Positions 18,357 through 28,517 are shown, counted from the stretch's first letter. The stretch is DNA of 64,000 nucleotides from Candidatus Micrarchaeia archaeon (GCA_049964795.1 JBMFWY010000002.1:1-64000), one strand, 5' to 3'. The notes: a model not told the origin generated them from the sequence alone. Translations and numbers: made by a program.

Positions 18357-18554
18357 CAATTGCAATTCTTAAACAATACCACTAAAATGACTTACAAATC
18401 TTATAGTGTGTGATTGCAAGGTGCAGCTGGTGCACTAATGAAGGCTATCGCGAAGCTCTTCCACGTTATGCGGCTTCTTTTTCTGTATACCTTAGCTTAT
18501 TCAACATATACCAGGATAAGAGAAACCTGTTGAAAAGCTTGGTATTTTGTGTTT

Positions 18555-19166
18555 TTAGGAAGATGCGAATCCCCTGATTTTCATTTCAACATCTTTCCAG
18601 CTTCTCGCCCTTTTAATACTGTCTGTTTCTTTTATATCGCGATTCCAGGGCCTATCAAACAAAACCACTTTCTTGCCGTTTTCGGCAAATTCTTCGGCTG
18701 CGTGAGGATTGTCATCTACGTATATGTTTATTTCTTCAGAAAGTTTTTCTGTATGGTGCTGCACATGTATGAGCTTGTCGTATTTTATCCTATTATGTTC
18801 AAGCAACCCTGTTATTTGGGCATTGCTTGCAAATGAAGCGGTAATTACATAGATAGAGAACATCTTGTGCAAATCGGCAAACACCTTTGGGAGAAGAGGA
18901 TCTACAAGCTTTGTGTTTTCGTATTCTTCCTTCCAGGCTTTGGCAAACAGCTCTTTCATCTTATCTTCATCTATAACATCAGAGAATATCTCGAACAGTT
19001 TCCATTTTGTGATTTCGTTGATGCTTGCGTTTTTACCAGTTTCTTTGTTGAAAACCTTAAGCCAAATACCCATATAGTCTACAATAGTATCGTCAAAATC
19101 TACTCCTATTATTTGCTTACTAGTCAAGTATAAATCACTGTTTGAAATTATTTGGCACTTTGCCAT
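18555..19166 (-). CDS. HAD-superfamily 5'(3')-deoxyribonucleotidase-like protein
   Basis: IGVDFDDTIVD, YVDDNP, LFDRPWN. Confidence 0.85.
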   Translation of the reverse strand: MAKCQIISNSDLYLTSKQIIGVDFDDTIVDYMGIWLKVFNKETGKNASINEITKWKLFEIFSDVIDEDKMKELFAKAWKEEYENTKLVDPLLPKVFADLHKMFSIYVITASFASNAQITGLLEHNRIKYDKLIHVQHHTEKLSEEINIYVDDNPHAAEEFAENGKKVVLFDRPWNRDIKETDSIKRARSWKDVEMKIRGFASS

Positions 19167-19342
19167 GAGTTGTTTTGCGCGATAGATTTTTTAGTATTTT
19201 AGTATTTATTTCTTCTTGTATCGACAAATGCAAAGGTCCCAATAAATTCTGCGACTATACAACCCTTAATTATCTTAGAGTTATTGCATTTTCTGCTAGA
19301 ACTGATGAGCTTTCCGCTATTGTTGAACTGCGAAAGCATAAA

Positions 19343-19415
19343 TGCGGGCACCGGGATTTGGACCCGGGCTACAGCCTTGGGAAGGCCGTGTCCTACCAGG
19401 CTAGACTATACCCGC
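19343..19415 (-). tRNA. tRNA-Gly(CCC)
   Basis: Acceptor GCGGGTA/TGCCCGC-A, anticodon loop TTCCCAA; T loop TCCAAAT. Confidence 0.93.
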
Positions 19416-19497
19416 TTGCCATACCCTCAAGTTATGTGGTTTGAGTAGATGCTTAAAAACCAATTTTAAGGAAGGCATATTCTGCTTCTGACCCTTG

Positions 19498-20280
19498 TCA
19501 ACGTATGTAAGAAGGCTTGCCTCCAAACTCCTCCCCGGACCCTTTTTCTACAGGATTTGAAATCCCCTGTGCTTGTGCTTCTGCTTCCTTCACCACTTTT
19601 GCTGTTTTCTCTATCATAACGTCAAGGCGTGACGTATCAATCTTAAGCCCCAGATTCTTTGAAAGAACTTTGAGAACGGACTTTGCCGCTGCAGCATCGA
19701 CGCTCAAAAAGGAGGATTCCCCCATTAGGCAGATCCCGTCAAGTTTCTCCTGCTTCGCAAAAGCGACTATAAGGCCTGCCGAACCGATTATCGTGCCACG
19801 CGTCTTGCCAAATATTATTCCGCTGTCTCTGAACTTTTCCACGACTTTTGCGCTGGTGGCATTGCCAAACACTTGTGGGTTTTCAACACCAACGTTACCC
19901 GAGCTATAGCCGCCAAGAGTATAGACAAAAGTTCCGCCCAGGCTTTTAAAATATTCGAGTATCTTGGTATTGACAAGGTACTGGCCTTCCGAGCTTAGCG
20001 CTTGCACGTCGCCGGTCAGGAGGATAATGTCGCTTTGTGGTTTCTTCCTTTTAATTAGATAGAACCTGTTGCTTGCAATGCGCACTGTGCCTTTTTTTGT
20101 CATTATTACTTCATAGGGGAATTGGTCTGAATACAAGGTAGCTATCTTCTTGGCGTTGAACTGCTTTATAAGATGCAAAACTACCAATCTGCCTACATAT
20201 CCTATTCCAGGGAGTCCGACTACTAAAATAGGTTTGTAAGGTTTAACCTTTTCATGTTCCACTATTGTTGTGCCGTGCAT
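19498..20280 (-). CDS. PAC2 family proteasome assembly chaperone
   Basis: GLPGIGYVG, LTGDVQ, YTLGGY, ICLMGE; usual position after aIF2a. Confidence 0.88.
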   Translation of the reverse strand: MHGTTIVEHEKVKPYKPILVVGLPGIGYVGRLVVLHLIKQFNAKKIATLYSDQFPYEVIMTKKGTVRIASNRFYLIKRKKPQSDIILLTGDVQALSSEGQYLVNTKILEYFKSLGGTFVYTLGGYSSGNVGVENPQVFGNATSAKVVEKFRDSGIIFGKTRGTIIGSAGLIVAFAKQEKLDGICLMGESSFLSVDAAAAKSVLKVLSKNLGLKIDTSRLDVMIEKTAKVVKEAEAQAQGISNPVEKGSGEEFGGKPSYIR

Positions 20281-20375
20281 ATTAGTCGCCCGTACCTTGG
20301 TTCAGCTTGAAATTTAAACTTCTAAAAACATTTATGCGTAAATGTACGCACTTGCTTTCTGCTCGCTGCAAAAGG

Positions 20376-21173
20376 TTATGCAAAATAAGATTCAAATACG
20401 CTTTCTTTTTCTTTTTTGAGCTTTTCTTTTTCTAGCGAAAATACCCCCTTCAGCTTTACCTTTTGCATTATCTCTTCTATCTTCTTTATCTTTGCCTCTG
20501 CTTTGGGGTAACTTTCACCTTCTGCAACTACTCTATATTTTGGGGCGCTTATGTAAGAAAGCTTTGCTCCTGTCTCTACGATTTTTGAGAAGATTTCGTT
20601 GTTCTGCGATGCTCCTGATTTTGTATTTTGATTTAGCAAGGTCATTATATAGGAAACCTTGAATGTGCGCCTATGCATTATGCTTTTTATGTTTTCTTCT
20701 ATTGCAGAAATCAATTGGGGAGGTATCTTGGAATCCTTTAATGAAGCAGAGTTTTCCATTATAGCTTTGGCAAAATTTGTGAAATCCCCGAATTCTGACA
20801 AGACTAGAGAAGCAAGCGCCTCTATATTTTTCTGCCCGGTGCTTTTCGCAAGCTGCCTGAACATAGCAGAAAGTCGTCTCTCAAGCTTAAAACTGTTGAT
20901 TTTGTCCTTTTCCTCCTTCGTAGTTACTTGCTTTATAGAAGCATCTATAGTGTGCCTTTCCCTGTCAAAATAGATGATTTTGCAAACGACGTTCTGGCCT
21001 ACCCTAAGATGTTCGTGTATATTTTTTATCCACCCGAATGAGACTTCTCGCAACGGAATAAATACCTCCAAATTGTTGAATTCGGGAAGCCGGCAGTATG
21101 CGCCAAATTGCATTACCTTTGATATTTGCCCTATTACAACCTGATGCAGTTGAGGTAGCTTTTCGTTATCCAT
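20376..21173 (-). CDS. eif2a: translation initiation factor 2 alpha subunit
   Basis: S1 domain with EVSFGWIKNI and IDASIK; YISAPKYR. Confidence 0.92.
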   Translation of the reverse strand: MDNEKLPQLHQVVIGQISKVMQFGAYCRLPEFNNLEVFIPLREVSFGWIKNIHEHLRVGQNVVCKIIYFDRERHTIDASIKQVTTKEEKDKINSFKLERRLSAMFRQLAKSTGQKNIEALASLVLSEFGDFTNFAKAIMENSASLKDSKIPPQLISAIEENIKSIMHRRTFKVSYIMTLLNQNTKSGASQNNEIFSKIVETGAKLSYISAPKYRVVAEGESYPKAEAKIKKIEEIMQKVKLKGVFSLEKEKLKKEKESVFESYFA

Positions 21174-21177
21174 TTGT

Positions 21178-21462
21178 TCACTTGGCTTTTATTTCGAGCT
21201 TCTTTTTAGTGCGCCCGCCTATAACACGCTCTACGCTATAACCACAGTCCTTACATTTAAGTATGACTTTCTGCCTTTTTCCTATTTTGATTACCTTTGC
21301 AACTCCTTTTACCTTCCCAAAGTACCCTTTTCTTTTCCTTTCAGCACGGCGCTTGCCGATGTTAAAAGTAGTCTCGGGCTTCTTGGAGTAAAGCTTCACT
21401 GAATGCAGTGTGTGCTTGTCGCATTTTGGACAGTACGCCATTATTTCATTTACCATTTTCAT
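21178..21462 (-). CDS. rpl44e: 50S ribosomal protein L44e (eL42)
   Basis: YCPKCDKHT and LKCKDCG zinc ribbon, basic. Confidence 0.92.
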   Translation of the reverse strand: MKMVNEIMAYCPKCDKHTLHSVKLYSKKPETTFNIGKRRAERKRKGYFGKVKGVAKVIKIGKRQKVILKCKDCGYSVERVIGGRTKKKLEIKAK

Positions 21463-21604
21463 AAAATCATCTTACGTTAAGCACTTTTGCGTTCTTATTT
21501 GTTGATTTCACTGTTTATTATATTTTGTGTTTTTTTAGTTTTTAGGGTTGAAAATGCTTATGTGGGCAAAAAACTCCTTTTTTGGGTGTTGCCTTACTTC
21601 TTGG

Positions 21605-22087
21605 TCAATTGGAGCATATAGCCGCCGCCTTTAAGAACTCGGCATCTTCTTTATCTACTACAGGCAAAAGATCGCCTTTCTTTAATGGCCCTATCCTTTT
21701 ACCAGAAGGCAAAAGGAGTTCAGGAATATCTTTTACTACGTTTAAAGTTTCTTCTTTCGCATGCTTGGCCGCTGTTTTGTCAAAGACTTCTGCCTTGAAT
21801 ATTGTTGAAACTTTTTCATAAAACTCTTGCTCTATTTCTATAGAAGGCTGGGGTAGAGGTTTGTTGTATGCTATATATATTAGTATTTTTTGCTTCCTTT
21901 TTTCTATAAGTTCGCTAAGTAGTTTTTGAGCGTTGCGCTTTGTTTCCAGCTCTTCATCACCTTTCAACGAAATTAAGTAAGCATTTATATCTTCGTAAAA
22001 AGTTTTTGGAAGAGTTTGAAGCTCATTGGTCTTTTTTTCTTTGTAAGAAGCCTGCCAGAGTATTTCGTAAGAGAGATTTTCTTCCAT
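21605..22087 (-). CDS. GINS complex subunit Gins15/Gins51
   Basis: ELQTLPKTFY, KRKQKI A-domain and IGPLKKGD B-domain; upstream of L44e as in the conserved cluster. Confidence 0.8.
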   Translation of the reverse strand: MEENLSYEILWQASYKEKKTNELQTLPKTFYEDINAYLISLKGDEELETKRNAQKLLSELIEKRKQKILIYIAYNKPLPQPSIEIEQEFYEKVSTIFKAEVFDKTAAKHAKEETLNVVKDIPELLLPSGKRIGPLKKGDLLPVVDKEDAEFLKAAAICSN

Positions 22088-22212
22088 CTATACACCCCAC
22101 AGTTCCACTATTCGCGTAGCTATTATTATATATGATATAAATTAAATTTTAAAAAAGTTCATAAAAACGCGAGCTAGAAAAGTCCTAGAAAAAATAGTGG
22201 AATAATGGGGTG

Positions 22213-22287
22213 TAGCGAGGGGTGGATTTGAACCACCGATCTCCGGGTTATGAGCCCGGCGGGCACTCCAGACTACCCTACCTCGCT
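22213..22287 (-). tRNA. initiator tRNA-Met(CAT)
   Basis: A1:U72 pair (AGCGAGG/CCTCGCT-A), GGG/CCC anticodon stem, CAT anticodon. Confidence 0.94.
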
Positions 22288-22390
22288 ATATGATAGTCTT
22301 TTTGACCAGGAACAAATTATATCTCTTTCGGTAAATTTTTCCAAGCAAAACAAACAAAGTAGATATTAAATGTGCTTCTTGCCTTTCCTT

Positions 22391-23227
22391 TCATTTTTGA
22401 ACTATTTTGCTACTTATATTTTTAATATCCCCTTCTTTCTCTAGGATCTTTGCTTCCTCCCTGCTTAGCCTTTTCATACTACTTCCGCAACCCATGCATT
22501 TGAAGTTCGCTTCAAAAGCAGAGTCAAAATCGAAAATAAGCTTGCTATCTTTATAACATTTCTCACATATGAAATAGTCATCGCTTTCAGTTGTTATAGG
22601 AGATACGCTGTTTTGGTAGCTTGAATTTATATAGTTGTAAAATTCATCAACTTTTTTGATATTTATCGTCCAAAGAAACGAAAGCCACCCTTTAGAATTC
22701 TTCAGTGTAGTGTAATTTGTGACACCATAGCCTTGTAGTATATTTAGTACCCTCCTTACTACATTTATTTTAACTCCCAGCTCTGCTGCTATCTGCTCGT
22801 CGGTTTTTGCAGAAGTCAAAGTCTTGAGAACCTCCTCCGATCTTTTACTTACATTCTTCCTAAGATAATCCATCACTACCTCATTTTTTGTTATATCCTC
22901 TATCACTTTCTTTACGTCTACCTTATATCTCTCCTCGATTTCCTTCTTTGTCTTTATTATCTGCTTTTCCTTAGCTTCTTTCCTTTCTTCAGATGTACTC
23001 TTGACCTTGGGTTTAATTGTGCTGCTGCTCCTATTCGTTTTTATTGCTACCTTATCCTTGCTCGCACGCGCAGAACCTGCAAGAGGTTTCCTTGCCTTTT
23101 CATGTACCTTTTTCGCAGCAATTTTTGGCCTTGCCTTTGTAGCACCTGTATGTAAAGCCTTTTTACTCTTTTTCGTATTCTTTCCAAGCATAAGAAGCAC
23201 CTTTGGTACGACTTGAGAGTCAACCAT
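22391..23227 (-). CDS. tfe: transcription factor E (TFE alpha) with a Lys/Ala-rich N-terminal extension
   Basis: TDEQIAAELGVKINVVRRVLNIL winged helix, GWLSFLW, CEKC..AFEANFKCMGCG. Confidence 0.85.
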   Translation of the reverse strand: MVDSQVVPKVLLMLGKNTKKSKKALHTGATKARPKIAAKKVHEKARKPLAGSARASKDKVAIKTNRSSSTIKPKVKSTSEERKEAKEKQIIKTKKEIEERYKVDVKKVIEDITKNEVVMDYLRKNVSKRSEEVLKTLTSAKTDEQIAAELGVKINVVRRVLNILQGYGVTNYTTLKNSKGWLSFLWTINIKKVDEFYNYINSSYQNSVSPITTESDDYFICEKCYKDSKLIFDFDSAFEANFKCMGCGSSMKRLSREEAKILEKEGDIKNISSKIVQK

Positions 23228-23435
23228 ATATATTTATTGCTTTTCTAATATTTATACCTTGCTGTATATTGTGCCGTATAGTATACTATACCTGCTATCT
23301 GCGGGTGCATGCCGCTACAAATTGCTGTAAAAGCATCTTAGCCGCGTTCTGCCCTGTATCTTGGTGCAAATAGCAAGGATTTAATTATCTTGCAATAAAA
23401 ATGAGATGCTAGGATAACGTCACATTGGTGTAATC

Positions 23436-23912
23436 ATGGGATCATATAACGAGATTTCAAAGACTTTTAGGGATGAGTATCGCTCGAGAAGCAGCCTTTA
23501 TAAGAATCGTCTTGAAAAATGGAGTGCTGAGCCTGTAGTAGTAAGGGCAGAGAAGCCTACGAACATTGCAAGGGCAAGGCGCTTGGGCTATAAAGCTATT
23601 CAAGGTGTAATAATTGCCAGGGTAAGGGTAAACAAAGGAAAGCGAAAGCGCCAGAAGGCAGATGGAGGCAGAAAGCCTTCCAAATCTGGCCGTTTCTTCT
23701 CCCGGGCAAAATCTCTCCAAAGAATTGCTGAAGAAAAGGCAGCACGCAGGTTCAGCAACTGCGAAGTCTTGAATTCCTATCTTGTGGGTTCTACAGGTCA
23801 AAAAGCTTTCTATGAAATAATTCTTTTGGACAGAGCAAGCAAGTCTGTCGCCTCAAACCCATTGTATAAAAGTATAATCTCGCAGAAGGGCAGGGCATTC
23901 AGAGGCGTCTGA
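23436..23912 (+). CDS. rpl15e: 50S ribosomal protein L15e, C-terminally short
   Basis: KPTNIARARRLGYKAIQG, EVLNSY, GRAFRG. Confidence 0.95.
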   Translation: MGSYNEISKTFRDEYRSRSSLYKNRLEKWSAEPVVVRAEKPTNIARARRLGYKAIQGVIIARVRVNKGKRKRQKADGGRKPSKSGRFFSRAKSLQRIAEEKAARRFSNCEVLNSYLVGSTGQKAFYEIILLDRASKSVASNPLYKSIISQKGRAFRGV

Positions 23913-23942
23913 TTGGCGCCTTTGCTTTTCTGCTCAAATTCT

Positions 23943-24602
23943 TTATTCTTCCTCTCGCTTGGTGCTTTCATATATCTCTGCCGCGCCCCTGAGCATTATA
24001 ATGGCAAACAATACTGCAACAAGTAAATACTCTATAATTGCAGGATAATCCAGCGCGTAGAAAAGGGCTAAATAAGCAAAAGCAAGAAACTTGACTAGGT
24101 TTATCAACGCCCTGCTGGTATTTGAAGAATATACTGCTTTTGCAAAGCGGGTTTTCATCTTTGAAGATGTGCCTTTCGCCGCCATCAATGCGTCTGCGAA
24201 AGCGTGCCTCGTGACGACGAGAAGCACAACAAAAAGTGCGATAGAACCTATTTTGTCAAAGAACGTGTAAAGGAAAAGCAGCCAAAACGTGTATTCCATG
24301 ACCCTGTCCCCTGCAACATCTATCCTGGGCCCATAAGGAAAGTGCTTTGAAATATTTTCTTTTATGGGCTTTACTCGCTCCTTGGCATTGACATCCCCCG
24401 TAGCGGCTCTCATGTACAAGGTAAAACCTATCTTGCCTTTGCTCTCCTCCTTTACCGCAAGATAGCCGTCTATCCCATCGGAAGCGAATGCTATCGCAAC
24501 GAGAACTACCGCCACCCAGGGTAGCATCTTTGCTATTACCATATATGCTACGATAAAAGCAAGCAGCACTCTTACCAATGTGGCCTCATCGCTGCTTCTC
24601 AT
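23943..24602 (-). CDS. CDP-alcohol phosphatidyltransferase family protein
   Basis: DGIDGYLA ... GPRIDVAGDR motif halves; several TM helices. Confidence 0.85.
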   Translation of the reverse strand: MRSSDEATLVRVLLAFIVAYMVIAKMLPWVAVVLVAIAFASDGIDGYLAVKEESKGKIGFTLYMRAATGDVNAKERVKPIKENISKHFPYGPRIDVAGDRVMEYTFWLLFLYTFFDKIGSIALFVVLLVVTRHAFADALMAAKGTSSKMKTRFAKAVYSSNTSRALINLVKFLAFAYLALFYALDYPAIIEYLLVAVLFAIIMLRGAAEIYESTKREEE

Positions 24603-24612
24603 GCCAAAACCT

Positions 24613-25305
24613 TCAGTGCATCATTGGTACAAAAGGGCCGTTTAAATTATACGCATTTAACCCCTGCATACCCCCAAGCGCCAACAATGGCGCCATGAAA
24701 AGCGAAAACAAAAGCATTACGACAATAATTGCAAGGGCGATCGAAACAAATATAGCGCCTATTGCAGCAAGCCTGCTAATCATCTGTATATTTGAAAGCG
24801 CTATTACAAGAACTACTATTTGCCATATTGCAAGTACCATCAAGGCAATCACACCAAGTATCGGGAGAGGCACAAGCCAGTAGAAAAGAATAACAGGTAG
24901 TTCTCCAAACATAACAGCGCTGAACGTTTTTGCATAGTTGCCTTTCCACGCGTGTAAGAAGTTATATCCAACAAGCTGATATATCGCCGCAGAAATGAAG
25001 AAACCCACCGGCACAAGTATCCAGAAAAGCGCAATAGCCTTTATTACAATAGTAATAATGGAAAATGCCGGATTGTAAAGCAAAGGCAATGTCATCGCAT
25101 ATGAAGGCACGTTGCCGTTAAAGTATGCCACAAGTAAGCCTATAACTGTAAACGCTACTAAAGGTAGCAAGCTGAATTCATAATAGAAGCGAAGTGCTTT
25201 AATCACAGGCATGCCTTTCTTAGCATTTTCTTGCGGGCTAAATACTATCCCTATTCCTCTTTTCAAATCATCAGCGAATGACATTTTATCACTCAATTTT
25301 GACAC
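24613..25305 (-). CDS. Yip1-domain membrane protein
   Basis: IVFSPQE N-terminal motif, about five TM helices, GNYAKTFSA. Confidence 0.7.
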   Translation of the reverse strand: MSKLSDKMSFADDLKRGIGIVFSPQENAKKGMPVIKALRFYYEFSLLPLVAFTVIGLLVAYFNGNVPSYAMTLPLLYNPAFSIITIVIKAIALFWILVPVGFFISAAIYQLVGYNFLHAWKGNYAKTFSAVMFGELPVILFYWLVPLPILGVIALMVLAIWQIVVLVIALSNIQMISRLAAIGAIFVSIALAIIVVMLLFSLFMAPLLALGGMQGLNAYNLNGPFVPMMH

Positions 25306-25555
25306 TTTAGAGTATGTGGTTTACCATTATAAAACTATCGCCATCAGTTGCTTCCCAATTCAATCTGCACCATAAGAAAGCTTTGGCTTTTTAGGCAAGT
25401 CTCAAAGCGCGTGATTACTCTATCCTCTCTTTTATTGCAGATCGTGGCAAACCGGCAACTTCAGATCTGTGAAATTAATTGTGCACAGCGCGCGCTTTTT
25501 ACCCTTTCTGTTCCAATCTGCTTGGTTGACCGAAATTGGTGTGAGCCATGATTTT

Positions 25556-26347
25556 TCACCGCCCTGCCAGCTTTTCCGCAATTCCTGAAAATTCTCTCTC
25601 TATCTCACTGTCAAGATAGATCGGCACCTTGCCAGTATCTGCGGCCTCCTTAAGCTTATCATCGCTTTTTACTATACCAAGCACCTCCGTACCTAGTTCC
25701 TTTGCAGCTTCATTAGTGCTTTCGCTAACCTTGCCGTTTGACATATTCTCCACTACGCCTAGTATCGCCATACCGAGCCTTTTTGTCATGAGCCCGGATC
25801 TTATCGAGTTTATCGCTGCTACTTTTTGTGGAGTTGTGACTATTACAAAACCTTCCATATCAAGCAGTTGCATTATTGTTAGTGGAGCATCGCTGGTTCC
25901 TGGCGGAAGATCTATTATAAGATAATCAAGCTCACCCCATTCGGTATTTTCAAAAAAGTCGCCAAGCATCTTGGTAATAAGTGCCCCCCGCCATATAATG
26001 GGCTTTTTTATTTCATCTACTACCATCGCAGTAGAAGCAATTTTTATCCCATCCTTTACTACGGGCTTTAATGGGTATTGCGGAACCATCTTCTCATTTA
26101 TTCCAAGAAAAATTGTTACATTTGGGCAATCTATATCTGCATCTAGAAGTCCTACCTTAAATCCTTTCTCTTTAAGAGCATACGCTATGCTTATCGCTAT
26201 TGTGGTCTTACCAACTCCCCCCTTTGCGCTGTATACTCCTATCTTATGCTTTATTCCTGAAAGTTTCTCTTTTACTCTCTCTTTTTGCCTTATAGTATTT
26301 ATAAAGGAAGGGTGAATATTTCCCTGCCCTTGCGGTTCTCCCTGCAT
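25556..26347 (-). CDS. Mrp/NBP35 (ApbC) P-loop ATPase, Fe-S carrier family
   Basis: SAKGGVGKTT, LLDADIDCP, PIIWRG, DLPPGTSD, VENMS. Confidence 0.92.
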   Translation of the reverse strand: MQGEPQGQGNIHPSFINTIRQKERVKEKLSGIKHKIGVYSAKGGVGKTTIAISIAYALKEKGFKVGLLDADIDCPNVTIFLGINEKMVPQYPLKPVVKDGIKIASTAMVVDEIKKPIIWRGALITKMLGDFFENTEWGELDYLIIDLPPGTSDAPLTIMQLLDMEGFVIVTTPQKVAAINSIRSGLMTKRLGMAILGVVENMSNGKVSESTNEAAKELGTEVLGIVKSDDKLKEAADTGKVPIYLDSEIEREFSGIAEKLAGR

Positions 26348-26634
26348 GTTCCTCACTCTAGTGTATCTGAATGGTTGAATTTGAAGCATATAAAGCATAG
26401 CAAGTTTTCCTTTACAAGCTCTACAATTCTACAAATTTCTCTCCAAAACAAGGCTATCTATTTTATGGCGATATCGAGGTAAAAACAGCAAAATTTATAT
26501 AACTTAACAATGTTTATATAAGAGTAGAGGTGAATAGAATCCCTGTCTTGTAATGTGCAAACTCTTAGATAAGGGATCCGCTAATTTTTCAAAAAAGGCA
26601 AAAATGGCGTTCGAAAAATAAAAAGGTGTATAAA

Positions 26635-28284
26635 ATGGCTGAAAATCAACTCGGAAACCAGCAGGTATTGTATCTGCCGGAAGGCGCAAGTAGAGTATTA
26701 GGTAGGGACGCGCAGCGAATAAACATAGCTGTTGCAGTGGCTGTTGCAAACGCTGTCAAAACAACACTGGGGCCAAAAGGCCTCGACAAGATGCTCGTCA
26801 GCGATTTGGGCGATATAGTTATAACAAATGATGGAGCGACAATACTCAACGAGATGAATGTAGAGCATCCTGTCGCAAAGATAATGGTGGACGTAGCAAA
26901 GACGCAAGACAAAGAAGTGGGCGATGGCACTACAACCGTTGTAATCCTTACAGGAGAGCTTTTGAAAGGCGCAGGCGAGCTTCTGGAGCAAGCAGTCCAT
27001 CCAACAACTATAATAAAAGGCTACAAGATCGCCGCGGACAAGGCAAAGGAATTTCTCGAGAAGCATGCGAAGCCGATAGACATAAACGATGACGCGACAC
27101 TCAGTAAGATCGCTTTGGTAACATTGGGCTCCAAGAACATAGGAGACGACAGCGCAAAGCTTAACATGGCAAAGCTAGCTATAAAGGCGATAAAGCAGGT
27201 AATGGAAAAGGATAATTCAGGCAAGATCTCGATAGACACCGATTTCATAAAAGTAGAGAAGAAAGCAGGGGGCAGCATAAACGACACAGAGCTTATAAAC
27301 GGAGTGTTGATCGACAAGGAAGTAGCTCATTCCGGCATGCCAAAGTACATAAGCAATGCAAAGATTGCCTTGCTCGATGCAGCACTTGAAATAGAAAAGA
27401 CAGAAACAGATGCAAGGATAGAAATCACCTCTCCGGAGCAGATGCAAGCATTCCTGAAGCAGGAGGAGCAGATACTGAAGGAAATGGTCGAGAAGATAAA
27501 GAAATCTGGCGCAAATGTTGTCTTTACTCAGAAAGGCATTGACGACATAGCACAGCACTATCTTGCAAAGGAAAACATAATGGCCGTAAGGCGTGTCAAG
27601 AAGAGCGACATGGAGAAGCTTGCTAAGGCCACAGGAGCAAGAATAGTGACTAGCATAGAAGACCTTGATACAACATATCTGGGCTTTGCCGGATTGGTAG
27701 AAGAAAAGAAGGTCAGCGGAGAGCAGATGGTCTTTGTAGAAAAGTGCAAAGATCCAAAAAGCGTTACCCTGTTCCTTAGGGGTGGCACACAGCAGGTAGT
27801 AGACGAGGTCGAAAGGGCAATGGTAGACGTGATAGGCGCAGTAAGCTCTGCAATAAAAGACGGCAAGTATGTGATAGGCGGAGGGGCAATAGAGATATCA
27901 TTGGCAAACGACCTTAGGAACTTTGCTAGCGAAGTGGGTAGCAGGGAGCAGCTTGCAATACAGACATTTGCTGAAGCTCTGGAAGCAATACCAAAGACTC
28001 TTGCAGAAAGCGCTGGCATGGACACCATAGAGACATTGGTACAGCTGAGGAACAAGCACAGGACCAAGGACGGAGAGACAATGGGTGTAGATATAATCAA
28101 CAACAAGATCGGAGACATGGCAAGGCTTGGTGTGTACGAACCTAAGAAGGTCAAGGAAGAAGAGCTTGTAACAGCAAGCGAGGCTGCAGAAATGATCTTG
28201 AGAATAGACGACATGATCAGCTCCAAGAGCAAGAGCCCATCAGGCCCTGGAGGCGCAGGAATGCCTCCTGGAGAAATGGAGTGA
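26635..28284 (+). CDS. thsA: thermosome (group II chaperonin) subunit
   Basis: [26 protein letters not shown]; GM-rich tail. Confidence 0.96.
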   Translation: MAENQLGNQQVLYLPEGASRVLGRDAQRINIAVAVAVANAVKTTLGPKGLDKMLVSDLGDIVITNDGATILNEMNVEHPVAKIMVDVAKTQDKEVGDGTTTVVILTGELLKGAGELLEQAVHPTTIIKGYKIAADKAKEFLEKHAKPIDINDDATLSKIALVTLGSKNIGDDSAKLNMAKLAIKAIKQVMEKDNSGKISIDTDFIKVEKKAGGSINDTELINGVLIDKEVAHSGMPKYISNAKIALLDAALEIEKTETDARIEITSPEQMQAFLKQEEQILKEMVEKIKKSGANVVFTQKGIDDIAQHYLAKENIMAVRRVKKSDMEKLAKATGARIVTSIEDLDTTYLGFAGLVEEKKVSGEQMVFVEKCKDPKSVTLFLRGGTQQVVDEVERAMVDVIGAVSSAIKDGKYVIGGGAIEISLANDLRNFASEVGSREQLAIQTFAEALEAIPKTLAESAGMDTIETLVQLRNKHRTKDGETMGVDIINNKIGDMARLGVYEPKKVKEEELVTASEAAEMILRIDDMISSKSKSPSGPGGAGMPPGEME

Positions 28285-28296
28285 TTGCTAGCTGAT

Positions 28297-28348
28297 CTTT
28301 TGTTTTTTTGTTTTTTTGTTTTTCTGTTTTTCTTATTTTCATTTTTTA
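28297..28348 (+). terminator. extended oligo-T terminator region
   Basis: Consecutive T4-T7 runs directly after the thermosome stop codon. Confidence 0.6.
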
Positions 28349-28517
28349 TCTCTTGTTCTATTCTTTTCTCCTCCTTACATGTTAGCTTAATGCTTGCTAC
28401 CCCTACCTTTAACTAATTTTACAAAATCGATTCCTTGAATTAAGGCAATTACTTTTCCCACATCTCACAACGCAAAAATGTAATAACCTTTACACTCAAA
28501 AATTATCGGTGTTATCG

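Noticed and set aside
23330-23410. Imperfect inverted repeats between tfe and rpl15e as a ribosomal leader
   Set aside because: Short, AT-rich and overlapping the probable promoter; cannot be told from chance by eye
25348-25551. 67-aa ORF or structured RNA between Yip1 and Mrp
   Set aside because: No SD or coding-like composition; only a 6-bp stem; no RNase P or SRP consensus
27558-28232. Long antisense ORFs here and opposite PCNA, gyrA, gyrB and aglB
   Set aside because: Ser/Phe/Ile-rich mirror frames of well-supported genes on the other strand
28297-28348. T-rich repeat as a microsatellite or phase-variation tract
   Set aside because: Its position directly after a highly expressed gene fits an archaeal oligo-T terminator
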